Origin: Heterodontus francisci
Taxonomy: Eukaryota
NCBI RefSeq assembly: GCF_036365525.1
Contig: NC_090412.1
Coordinates: 7,544,123-7,608,122, forward strand
Direction: 5' to 3'
DNA: 64,000 bases
The position numbers and the translations under genes are program-made. Positions 1 to 23,382 of this stretch are shown here, piece by piece. The notes beneath the pieces were generated by a model, which did not search any database, had not been told where the DNA came from, and saw nothing but the letters and a program-made list of their open reading frames with translations. Numbering within the stretch: the stretch's first letter is position 1; every line of letters starts with the position of its first letter.

Positions 1-290
1 TTTGTGCTTGTTGTTCACTGTACATTAGGAAAGGAGGGGAAATCCTACCTCGGCCTTCTCTGTGCGGCTCAAGCCTTCTCCCTCACTGGGGCCTCCTCTA
101 GCCTCAGGAAGATTGAAGCAGCTCCAGCGCACTTCACTGTCAGTCTGCGGCCGAGAGGCGGGCCTTCCCCACCCTCAGCCCACAGGCAGACCCGCCAGCT
201 TGGCTCCTTTCCCCGAGCCCCCTTCCCCCTCCTCCCTTCTCTCCAAGACGTGCAGCTTCTCACACTCGGCACATCCTGAGCCAACACCAG

Positions 291-505
291 ACAACATGAC
301 CTCCGACCATCAGGGGGCGCTTCGAGCTAACACCCGACAACACGACCTCCGACCATCAGGTGGCGTTGCGGGTTAACATCCCGCCCTCCTAGCGTCAACA
401 CGGCACAACACGACCTCCGACCATCAGGGGGCGCTGCGGGTGAACATCCCGCCCTCCTAGCGTCAACACGGCACAAACACGACCTCCGACCATCAGGGGG
501 CGGTG
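291..505 (+). repeat. GC-rich tandem repeat, 4 copies of ACAACA(C/T)GACCTCCGACCATCAGG(G/T)GGCG, each with a CTCF-like motif
   Basis: Core CCATCAGG(G/T)GGCG starts at 307, 353, 421 and 490 (periods 46, 68, 69). The last two inter-core segments are near-identical (AACATCCCGCCCTCCTAGCGTCAACACGGCAC). Confidence 0.9.
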
Positions 506-599
506 CAAAGGCGCATATCACCACAGCAGTGACAACACTGACCAACCCAACGGTACACATTTATTTCCAAAACATAACATCGTAAATCCCTTATCATTG

Positions 600-830
600 C
601 GTTAGTATTTTCGGCGACCCGGTGCTTAAATCGACTTGTTGATTATAGTTCAGGGCGAAACCTCTTGTTGACAGTCAGCTGGAAACGGGGCCCTGTGTTG
701 CCCCGGGTTACGGCAGCGCTCGATTGAATCTGGAGGCGGAAACGGGAACATTTCGCTGTCAAAAACCTGCAGTGATTCGAGAGTGGCGCCGATTTTGGTT
801 TCAGAAGCCGGCCCCGGGCAGACGGTGAGG
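600..830 (+). promoter_or_regulatory. CpG-rich promoter and probable non-coding first exon of NUDT13
   Basis: CpG-dense segment in an otherwise CpG-poor window, with ETS-like CGGAA motifs and a donor-like ACG|GTGAGG at 824/825. It lies ~4 kb upstream of the NUDT13 ATG exon. Confidence 0.55.
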
Positions 831-1930
831 CCTGGATGCCACATTGAGAACGTCCCCCACACACACGCCTTCCGCAGCCTCAGGCCTCTCTGCCCCACTG
901 CCACTCCCTGTCCTTGATGTCCTCCCTTTACAAACTCCAACCTGTCCCACATTCAGTCCCTCTGGGCTACATGGGCTTCCCTCCTCTCCCAATGCATTAA
1001 ATATAAAATCTTCCCATTTAAATCCCCCAGCCTAGCTTGGATCTCTTCCCCCAGCTCTATTCCGCACCCACCTTCCAAACATTTCCATTACTCTGATTTC
1101 TGGTCTTTTGTGCATTACCTCCCTCCCATTGTCCCACAAAGCTTTTATGTATCCCACTACCTACAATCCCCCAAACCCTCCCCTCTCCCTCAATAAAAAC
1201 CCTCTTACAATCCTTTGTATTGATCAAGCTTTTGATCACTCCTAGCTGCTCCCTTCCCAGTGTAGCACCCGTCTCCCTTTTTGCTTACCTGTGAAATGCC
1301 TGGGGGTGTACATTATACAGAAGGCCATATATAACTATGTATGTTGTCCTAATTTTGTCTTTCACCGGATTGTGATCAGGAGTGTTAAGACATCAAATGT
1401 GTGCCAAACACTTGTGTGGCAAGTTATTTTCTATTGACACAGAACATTATGCACTTACATAGGTTATTTAATGTCCGAAAGACAATGGCACCAAGCAAGT
1501 GTTGGGTGTCCTTTGTTTTGAATACACAACTCACATGACATATGACTGCCCCCTATGAAGCTTGTTTGCTGACAGCTTAAACAATAGGCACTTGAAATGT
1601 GTTCTGCAGAAAGTACAAAGTGCAAATTTATTTTGTGATGGACTATCTGAGTAAAACTGTACTTTACTGATAATGCAAAATTCAAAGCAAAAGTACATAA
1701 ATGTACAAAAAGTACATATATTCTGTCACCCTGTATTTAAAATTGTATGATCGGTCTGTAAATCTCTGTTTAAAATTGCCTCCTGTGAATTCCGTTTTTA
1801 TTGAAATGTCAGAAAGATCTCTAAATTATCTTTCTGTTTATAGAGGTCTGTCTTTTTCACTTATTTCTTTGGAATCACAGCATCTATGGTTCTGGTGGGA
1901 TCCTGGCATAACAGTAAACTCCAGGGGATC

Positions 1931-3735
1931 ATAAGAACAAAAGAAATAGGAGCAGGGGTAGGCCATTCAATCCCTCAAGCCTGCTCCGCCATTCAATAAG
2001 AACATGGCTGATCTGTTCCAGTCCTCAACTTCTCTCGACTGCCCGAGATTTCAAAAATCTATCTACCTCTTCCTTAAATACATTTAGTGACCTAGCCTCC
2101 ACAACTCTCTGAGGCAAATTCCAGAGATTCACCACCCTCTGAGAGAAGAAACTCCTTCGCATCTCAGTTTTAAATGTATGCCCCCTTATTCTGTAATTAT
2201 GTCCCCTAGTTCAAGATTCTCCCACTAGTGGAAACATCTTCTCAACATCCACTCTGTTGAGCCCCCTTAAAATCTTATATGTTTCTATAAGATCACCTCT
2301 TATTCTTCTAAACTCCAGTGAATAAAGGCCTACCTGTTTAGCCGCTCTTGATAAGACAGCCCCTTCGTCCCAGCAATCAGCCTAGTGAACCTTTTCTGAA
2401 CTGCCTCCAATGCTAGTATATCCTTCTTTAAATACGGGGACCAAAACTGTACACGGTACTCCAGGTGTGGCCTCACCAACACCCTGTACAGTTGTAACAG
2501 GACTTCCCTTTTTTAAACTCTAACCCCCTAGCAATAAAGGCCAAAATTCCATTCGCTTTCCTAATTACTTGCTGCACCTGCATGCTAACCTTTTGTGTTT
2601 CATGCACAAGAACATCCAGATCCCTCTGTAGTGCAGTATTTCGTAGTCTTTCTCCATCTAAATAATAATCTGCCTTTTTATTCTTCCTACCAAAGTGGAG
2701 TACCTCACACTTTCCCACATTGAACACCATCTGCCAAATTTTTGCCCACTCACCTAACCTATCTATATCCCTTTACAGATTCTTTGTGTCTTCATCACAT
2801 GCCTTCCCACCTATTTTTATATTGTCAGCAAATTTGGATACACTACACTCTGTCCCTTCCTCTAAGTCATTAATGCAGGTAGTAAATAGCTGAGGCCCTA
2901 GTCCTTGTGGCACCCCACTAGTTACGGCTTTCCAACCTGAAAAAGACCCATTGATCCCAACTCTCTGCCTTCTGTGTGCTAGCCAATCCTCAATCCATGC
3001 CAACACATTGCCCCCAAAACCCTGAGCTCCTATTTTGTGCAATAACCTTTAATGTGGCATCTTATCGAACGCCTTCTGAAAATCCAAATACACAACATCT
3101 ACTGGTTCCCCCTTTATCCAGTCTGCTTGTTATATCCTCAAAGAACTCTTAACAAATTTGTCAAACATGATTTCCCTTTCATGAAACCATGTTGACTCTT
3201 TTTGATTGCATTATGTTTTTCTAAATGTCCTGTTATTTCTTCCTTAATAATGGACTCAAGCATTTTCCCAATTACCGATGTTAAGCTAACATGTCTATAG
3301 TTTCCTGCTTTCTGTCTCCCTCCTTTCTTGAATAGGGGTGTCACATTAGCGGTTTTCCAATCTACTGGTACCCTACCGGAATCCAGTGAGTTTTGGTATA
3401 TTATGACCAATGCCTCCACTATCTCTGCAGCCACTTCTTTTAAAACCCTTGGGTGCAGGCCATCAGGTCTTGGCGACCTGTCTGCCTTTAGTCCCATCAG
3501 TTTGTCCAGCACCTTTTCCCTCGTGATAGAAATTGTTACAAGGTCCTCCCTCCCATTTACACCTTGTTCATCTATTATTGTTGGGATGTTTATAGTATCC
3601 TCCACTGTGAAGACTGATGCAAAATATTGGTTTAAGTTATCTGCCATTTCCCTGTTCCCTGTTATTAATTCCCCACTCTCATCCTCTAAGAGCCCCACAC
3701 TTACTTTAGCTACTCTCTTCCTTTTATTGTAAAGT
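1931..3735 (-). mobile_element. CR1 LINE, 5'-truncated and degenerate (RT and 3' end)
   Basis: Broken minus-strand ORFs 3138-3761, 2773-3042 and 2473-2730 contain CR1 ORF2 motifs (PDGLHPRVLKE, DWKTANVTPLFKKG, SQHGFMKGKSCLTNL, GVPQG, SKFADN, FNVGKCEVLHFG). Typical CR1 3' tail near 1931-1970. Confidence 0.9.
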
Positions 3736-3794
3736 GTCTTCTGATTGTGCTTGCTTGCCACAGGTTTGAAACTTGCAGCCGTTGCTGCTTTTCT

Positions 3795-4400
3795 TGGCCT
3801 TTATAAACAGAGGCATAGAGTACAAAAGCAAGGGAATGATGGTGAATCTTTGTAAAAAACTGATTTGATCTCAACTGGAGTATTGTGCCCAATTCTGGGC
3901 ACCACACTATGGGAAGGATGTGAAAGTATTAAGAGAGGGCGCAAAAAAGATTCATGAGAATGGTTCCAGGGATGAGGGACTTCAGTAGCGTGGATAGGTT
4001 GGAGAAGCTGGGGCTGTTCTCCTCAGAGAAGGTTGTGAGAAGATTAGATAGAGGTGTTCAAAACCATGGGTGGTCTGGACAGAGTAGATAGAAACTATTC
4101 CCATTGGCAGAAGGGTTGAGAATCAGAGGACACCAATTTAAGGTAAATGGCAAAAGAAGCAATGACGACATGAGGTGGTTAGGATTTGGAATGCACTGCC
4201 TGAGAGTGTGGTGGAAGCAGATTCAGTCATAGCTTTCAAAACGAAATTGGATAAATTATGTGAATAGGAAAAGTTTGCAGGACTTCAGGGAATATGCAGG
4301 GGGGTGGGACCAGCTGAGTTGCTCTTGCAGAGAGCTGGCACTGACACAATGGGCTGAATGGCCTGCCTCTGTGCTGTAACCACTCTATGGTTCTATCCTA
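3795..4400 (+). mobile_element. CR1 LINE 3' fragment
   Basis: Degenerate LEYCxQFWAPH-type coding remnants and a 3' end GGGCTGAATGGCCTGCCTCTGTGCTGTAAC followed by a TCTAT-type tail. Confidence 0.8.
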
Positions 4401-4997
4401 TGATCCCATTGCCCTCAGTAGTCTCCTTGAAAACACGTGTCATTAAAATGATGCTGTAGCCAGGGACTCAACCATTGTCTTGGAGCTGTTCTCTAGTTTG
4501 CTTCAGGTACCAGTCAAGAGAGTTTAAAGCTGGCATTTCACAAAATGAGGAAGCTCGCAGCATAAACGCCAGTAGAAAGAAGCATGTATGTATACAGGTG
4601 CTGATTTGCGCTTTGGGAGCACAATTAGAAAACTGGGATCTAGCGAGCTAGTTGCTTATAGAGTCATAACAGCACATAAGATTCCATTCCGGCTCTCTGT
4701 AGAGCAAATTAATTTGTACCAATATACTTTAATCAGGAGGCTTGGAAAAGCTTAGTAATTCATTTCACTTCTGACTTGTTGTTCTGAGCCATGCCACCAT
4801 GGGAGGTGAGATATTACCAGATAGTGAGGTAAGGCAGGTGATCCTTTCAGTCTTCTTTTGCTTGCTCTTCAAGGCTGTTTGTGTATGGGGTTTAACTCAA
4901 TACTATTTCCTAACAGCTTATGTTGCTCCTTTGGTGCCCGGTAGAGATTGGCTGGCCTTAGTCACAGATTGCAAGCTGGAGTTGTAAACAGAAAGTG

Positions 4998-16175
<11,178 letters not shown>

Positions 16176-17894
16176 AATCCTGCAGCCACTGGATTCGTTG
16201 GGACTGATGCACAGGCACTGTTTCTTTACAGCATGTTTTGCATGTTATGTGGGTCAGCTATTAATGAGCTGTAAAAAGCAGCATTACATTAAAGTTTTTC
16301 CTCTATCATTTGTAAAGAGGAAATGATCAAGGTTTTCTGTCTCCTCTATAATGGGACATAGAAGGAGAGAAGACAAGTGATCACAGTACAAAAGTTTTCT
16401 TTTATTTCTTAAATATGGATTCTAATCGGATAATTATAAATAAGAATACTCTGGTTATTGCCAATGTGCCTACTTTAAAAGTTACATCCTGAGACTTTAA
16501 TGGGTTTGAAAATGTTTAAGCCAGATGTTTTCCCAAAGTTGGTTTCTTTTTCAAAAAAATCTGAATATCTTCACATTGCATGAGTCTCAAATCAGACTGA
16601 GGAATATAGGAGCTTTTTCCAAACATGAGAAAATCTGGAATAAGATAGGGGCATGTTGTTAAATTTTACGTAAATTGCTAGTTATAATTTTAAGTTAATA
16701 AAAACTTAATTGTCTTGGACTAGTTGTTTAGAAAGAATGCTGGAAACATACAGACATGATTATGTGTGATTAAAATCATTTTCCACATTCTTTTTATCTA
16801 CATGAAGCATTCAGATAATTACATTAGAAAACTGGATCATTGAAAAACCCAGTCAGGATTGATTTTCTACTGTACTGTATGAACTGAATATGCACAATAT
16901 AAGCAATTAAATCCAATTAAAATCGAACTCCCTGAAATATTTGGGTGAATATTATTTGTTTTGTTTTTATGATAATGTCATAATATATTAACAATTACAT
17001 TCTTGAGAGCCTTTTGCAAATCTCAATATTTCAGTGCTTAACACAGTGAATCACTTTCTAAAGTGTAGTGATTGTTAAGTAGGCTATCACAAGATATCTA
17101 TGGATGAGAAGGGGCATTCAACCTGTTGCGGCTTATGCCTGTGTAAGTTCAAGCCAAGAGCATGCCACTGAGTGCGCAGATATTAGAGTAAGATGGGAAC
17201 AGAATGAAAGTAAGGACTTCTAAAATGTCCTCAGTTGTCACTGGCTCTCTCATTTCAGTTATTATAGAAGTGTGAGGGGTTAAGATGTGCAAACCATCCT
17301 ATATATGGATGTGTTAAAACTATACAGCAATATTTTTCAAACTTCTCTGTGTGGAGAAGCCCTTTAAAATGTTGACACACCCACAGGACTCCCTGTCCTA
17401 TCTTCTGACAGGTTATGTCAGCAAGCCAAAGCAAAACAGTGGCATCATGTCAGAGAATGCTGTGTTTCTTCACAGCAATGAAAATAAATTGAAAGTCCAG
17501 TTAATCCTGTCCATAATCGAATGCAATTAAAACACTTAACTAAGCAAATGAAGTATTTTTATTTTGTATTGAGTATTTCTAAAATAATTGGGGATAATTG
17601 GCCACTGTAAATAGTGTTTACAGTCACACTCCTATCACAACTAACGGGTACTTCAAGTTCAGTGCAATTAGGATGTTTAGTGAGTCGTTTTAAATGAATA
17701 ACTAAGCACACTTCAGAAGGTCCTAATAGAAAGCCTGTTTTTAAATCACTTAAAGCTGGAATCCCTGAAGCATTAGATAATGCCTGTGAGGTGCACGCAG
17801 TCTGAAGTATTTGGTGAATAACATACTTTTTTATACGTACTGTATATCAAGTGTGACAATCAATATATCAATGCTCAAATTTGGCGTGTGGAAA

Positions 17895-18785
17895 TCACGC
17901 CCCAGCGAAACATCCGGAAGGCAAAGACCCTCTACCAGCCTGCTCCCACAACGCAACACTGCCCCCCGACTATCAAGATGCATGGTGAACCACTGGACAA
18001 TGTGGATCACTTCGCATATCTTGGGAGCCTCCTCGCAGCAAGGGCAGACATTGACGATGAAACTCAGCATTACCTTCAGTGTGCCCGCGCAGCCTTCGGT
18101 CGTCTGAGGGAAAGAGTGTTTGATGACAAAGACCTCAAACCTGGCACCAAGCTCATGGTCTACAGGGCCGCAGTGTTATCTGCCCTCCTGTATGAGTCAG
18201 AAACATGGACACTGTACAGGAGACATCTCAAAGCCCTGGAGAGATCCGACAAATTTAGTGGCAGGACAGGCACTCCAATATCAGTGTCCTCTCTCAGGCC
18301 AACATCCCCAGTATTGAGACACTGGACATGGCCAGTCAGTTACATTGGAAGGGCCACATCGTCCGCATGCCTGACACAAGACTCCTAGAACAAGCTTTCT
18401 ACTCTGAGTTCCATCACAGCAAGAGGCTACCAGGAGGGCAGAGGAAACGCTACAAGGATGTCCTTAAAGCCTCTCTGAAAAAATATGACATCTCCACTGA
18501 TTCATGGGAATCTCTTGCCCGAGACCGCCCAAAATGGAGAAGAAGCATCCGCGAAGGTGCCAGCCAGTTCGAACAACGTCGATATGTCTAGGCAGCGACC
18601 AAGTTCAAACAGCAGAAGGAACGCTTGGAAATTTGAGCATCCTATTCACACTAACCAAACACCAGCTGCCGCACCTGTGGCAGAGTGTGCAGATCCAGAA
18701 CTGGACTATTAGGTCACCTGAGGGCCCACAACCCTGGAGTGGAAGTAAGCCATCCTTATTCCTGAGGGACTGCCTAAGAAGAAGG
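17895..18785 (+). mobile_element. RTE-clade LINE, old 3' fragment
   Basis: Frameshifted ORFs 17888-18388 and 18328-18591 (VDHFAYLGS, TKLMVYRAAVLSALLYESETW, WKGHIVRMPDTRL, GGQRKRYKDVLK), a C2H2 remnant and an AAG-type tail. Confidence 0.88.
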
Positions 18786-21700
18786 CATCTGCCAGGCTTG
18801 TATATGCATCTCAACTCCTGTACAAGTAAAGTACCCACTTGCTGAAAAGGAACAGATCCCTTTGACTAATAATATCAGACACGTGAGTTGTGAGCCAACA
18901 TGGAAGTGCAATTGCTATTTGAAATGAGGACAAAACTGTTGCAGGATTCATTGGCTAATACCTTAGCTAGATACAAACATTATGTATATACTCTACGTCT
19001 TCATAGGTGTATGTAGTGAAAGTATTAACATTATTTTATATATATGTATATTTTTCAAACCCCATATCATACTACAAAAAGCATGTGTGGGAGGAAGGGC
19101 TGAAGGGAGTGGAGTTTGATTGTTCCCTGAGTAAGCTGCCTGTCCCATTTTCTTTTTCTTTTATTAGCTTTGTGGTCAGGCCCTCCTCACTTTATTCTCC
19201 TTCACTAGTCTTTCTGGACCAATGGAGAGAGATGCGAGCTGTAAACAGTGCAGAAAAACAGCCATCCCCTCATTTGGGGAAGTATGTGGAGTGCTTTGTG
19301 TTTTATTTTTAATTCAATCATATATTCTACAGTCAAGGAAGTGGGTCTTTTTTGAAGTGGGGGAGAGAGGTAGCAAAGTACTTATCGGGCGGGGGTGGTG
19401 CGATGGGGGTGGCGGATGGTGTTGCAGTTTAGGAACAGAATTCCAGAGTGCAGGATTGTGATGGCTGAAGTCTGCGCTACTAACAGTGGTGCAGAGGAAA
19501 GAGGGTGCAAAACTATCCAGAGTCAAAAGAGGGAAGGGTACAATTTGGAGTGCAGGGATGGAGGAAGTTGCAGAGGAGGAGTGAGGTAAAGGCCATAGAG
19601 GGATTTATACATGAAGATGAAGATCTTGAAATCAATTTGTGGAGGAACAGGGGATCACTTGGTATGGGACAGCATGTAGATGGTGGAGTTTTGGACAAGT
19701 TGTAGTTTATATAGGGAGGAGCTCAAGAAGCTGGCAAAGCATGCATTGGAAAATGGGTGTGACTGGAAGCTCAGTTCAGCCTCAAGCAGGACACTGAGAC
19801 TGCATACCAATGTGTGTTGCAGTCATTAGATAACTTACTGTGAGAGAAATTTGATATTGCTAGATGGTTTCATTCAGCTTGAGATTTCGAGTACTGACGA
19901 GCACCAATCTATATCAGTGCTTACATTTCACTGATGCTTTGCAGTATTGGCCATATCAATCAGCCTACAAGAGCTTAGAACAAATTTGCAACCTCATTGC
20001 AGCCAAAGCTGAGGATACTAGCTTCTAGAGCCAAGACTTTAAACAAGGATTTATTATCTCTCTGAACTAAATGCGACACAACACAATAAGCGACTGTGTC
20101 TCAAATATAGAAACCAGTTTATCACGTCACCGCTTATCTTTTGTAGGCAAATTGATTTAACTCCTTCTTAAAGAGGACCAATATTTAAAGGTACAGATGA
20201 AGAGCAGGAAAATAAGAACAAATGAATAATGAATATCAGCACTGGAAAGGGTGGAGGAGAAAATGATGTGCATTAAAGACATTGATGATAAAATGCCATT
20301 CTGCCCATTAAAGCTTAACCCTCCAATATTCTAGCTCTCCCAGACTAACATCCAATTATGTTTTGAGTTCCCATAAAGTCTGGTCTCTGTCGGGCAGATT
20401 ATTCCAGGAACTTCTCACTATTTATGTGACAAAGTTCCTTCTGATATCTGATGCAAATTTGTCCTTCGCCAGTTGCGGAGGGAGAGTCTGTAACCAGCTT
20501 CTGCCTAAATCTACCTTTATATGAAGTGACATATCTGCTTTCACTAGTTTATACTGATGATTTCCTGGCACTGTTTGTCTTATTTTCAAGAGATAAGTCT
20601 GGATCTACTTTATCTGAGCATGTAAAACCTTTTCAACATGGTTTTCCTCCCTTTACTAGATTGCAGGGATTGAAATTTTGAAAATGTTTCCTCCTCTTTA
20701 TGCTTAGAATCACATGGGATTGCAAACAAAATAAAGATTGAAAAGAAATGTTGAATAGAATGGGGAGAACGGATTAGTGGCTGCATCTTCACACCCCAAC
20801 ATCCTGATCCCAACCACATTTTCACTGCCAGTGAAACATGAAAATCTGCTGCAGGGAGGAAGAGTCTGGGATGGGATCTCATGTTACTCATTGAATAAGA
20901 GTTCTCCTGGTGCCCTGGCCAACATTGGTCCCTCAAGCAACAGTACTGAAAGAGCTGGTGAAGGGCAAGTGTACATCGATTATCAGAATATCTTTACATA
21001 AATGAAACACAGCTGAAATCTCATTGTTGTTTGTGTTTGCTGTGCACAACATTGCTGCCATATTTGAGTTCAGTAATCACTGAACTTCAAAGTAATTTGT
21101 TGTTTGTAAAGCACTAGGTGATGTTTCTGACAGGTGTGAGATAGATGTGAATCATCACTGAACGGAGTGAAAAGCAACTGTTAAAGTTGGAAAGTACAAG
21201 TTATAAACAACTTAAAGTAAAGAAAGAACAAAAAAAACCTAAAATTAAAAAATGAGAAAGAAAAAACGAAAAGGTCATTAACCTGGCTTGAAATTTCTAC
21301 ATTACTACAATTATCAATTCTTATGTATCCTACATTACAACAGTGATTATATTTCAAAAGTATTTAATTGGCTGTGGGACATTCGGGGGTTGTGTAAGTT
21401 CCTATATAAATACAAGTCATTTTTTTATTTTTCTAACAGTAACATCCTCTCGATTTAGTTAAAATGTGTACCAATGTGGATGCTGACAACAGTTATTCTT
21501 GTTTTTCCGATCTAAGGAACTTTCCAACCATAGACTGCACTCTTGATCGAATCTTGACTTAGCCATTGAGGAATTCTTGAGCAGGCTTTGGAGGCAAACT
21601 TTTTTTGCCTGTGTGCATACTGAGTATTTACTAATTACAACAACAGTTTAGATTCCAAATTTCATGTATTAAATACTGAACTTCTCCAAAGTTTTTGTTA

Positions 21701-22607
21701 ACGTGTATTGGAACGATCCATTACTTATATAGATAACTGGATAATCTCCTTTTAGAAAATGAGTACCGGATGTAGCATTATTTAAATAACTAGTACAAAG
21801 AAAGTCTTGATTTTATATTATGCCTTATCATGTCAGAAAGTCCCAAAGCGCACTACATGAAACACATCACTTTGAAATCCAGTGACTATTGTTATTAGGA
21901 GAACATGGAAACTAATTCACAAGCTCCCATAAACAGCAATGAGATGAATGGCCAGTTGGTGTGTTTTGTAGTGGTCATGATTGAGATAGGGCATTTGCCA
22001 GGGCATTGGGAAAACTACCTGCCCTTTATATAGTACCAAGGGCTCAATAATACCCACCTAAACCACCAGAGCAGGCAGACAATGCCACATTTCATGGCCT
22101 TTTTAGATGGACATATGCAGCCCTAAGGTTAAAGAATGAAGAGAGGGTGAAGAACAAGGAGAAACGTAACAAAAACAGCAGTGGAAATGATAGGAATCAC
22201 AAGCAGAAAAGCTGAGTGAGAGTAAACAGGAAATTATAAATATAATCTTTGACTTAAATTACTGTAGGCATGAGCAAAAAGACATAAAACAATGAGTTTT
22301 ATTGTTCCTCTACTTATTTGAAAACTTGAACTTACAGGACAAATTATAGTTGTGAAGTAAATTCAGATTTTACATAAATTGAGGTTCAACCATGTCTAAG
22401 AGTTGGGGGATGGGAAAGGATCGGGGCAATTTGTGATTTGGAACATGAAGGAGAGGGGGTTGTGAACCATGCTAAATATTTGAGGTGTCTGCGTCCTGCA
22501 TTTTCTCCATTGCTGTTCTCTGTCCCCATATGTGCCATGTAATGAGATCACACAACTTAGAGAAATTCACCATTGTGTCATTACTAGAAATGACAATGAT
22601 TTGTAGA

Positions 22608-22848
22608 CCCCGAGACTGTGTCAATATTTGCAGGAGATCCCCAGGAGTGTGTGATATTTGAAAGGGGTATCAGTATACGCAGTTAGTGCCAAGAATATAC
22701 AAATAGTTGCGAGGGTTCCCTGAAGTGTATTTCTAAGGGGACTCTAGAAATGGGTCTGTATTTGTAGGGGATGCCTAGGAGTGTGTCATATTCACAGGAG
22801 GTCCTCTGCACAGAAAAGTCTGACCGAGAGTTAGATGTGACATTGCAA
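22608..22848 (+). repeat. Left arm of ~240-bp inverted repeat
   Basis: Its reverse complement aligns end to end with 25967-26205 (roughly 85% identity by eye). Internal degenerate ~30-bp subunits of the GGAGTGTGTCAATATTTGCAGG type. Confidence 0.9.
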
Positions 22849-23117
22849 AGTAATTTTTTTTACCAGATTATATACCACAAAGTGTCTCATCTTTATACCT
22901 GACAGTAGAAATTAGAACTTAGTATTATTCAATATCGAAAGTAACTTGGTATCCAATTTGTCCAAAATGTCAAAATAAATATATGGTGAGGCTTTTAAAA
23001 AAAAAAAATTGCCATGGCAGATGCACATATTGGGAAATTGTGGGCGAGCTCTTTATTGTTTTCTGTGCAGATCCCTGCGACTCCTTAATGAGTGTTCCTG
23101 AGCTGTGAGGCTCCAGG

Positions 23118-23382
23118 AACAGTGTTGCAGTGGCTAGCACCGCAGCCTCACAGCTCCAGCGACATGGGTTCAATTCTGGGTACTGCCTGTGTGGAGTTTG
23201 CAAGTTCTCCCTGTGACCATGTGGGTTTCCACCGGGCGCTCTGGTTTCCTCCCACAGCCAAAGACTTGCAGGTTGATAGGTAAATTGTCCATTGTAAATT
23301 GCCCCTAGTGTAGGTAGGTGGTAGGAGAATTGTGGGGATGTGGTAGGGAATATGGGATTAATGTAGGATTAGTATAAAATGG
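23118..23382 (+). mobile_element. V-SINE (HE1-like) tRNA-derived SINE, split by an RTE insertion (continues at 25641-25715)
   Basis: A/B-box head (GTGGCTAGCA...GGTTCAATTCT) and V-domain GTGTGGAGTTTGCAAGTTCTCCC. Collinear with the intact copy at 40863-41205. Confidence 0.85.

Noticed and set aside
291-505. CRISPR-like repeat-spacer appearance
   Set aside because: Two of the three 'spacers' are near-identical, no cas genes are present and the DNA is vertebrate. It is a tandem repeat.
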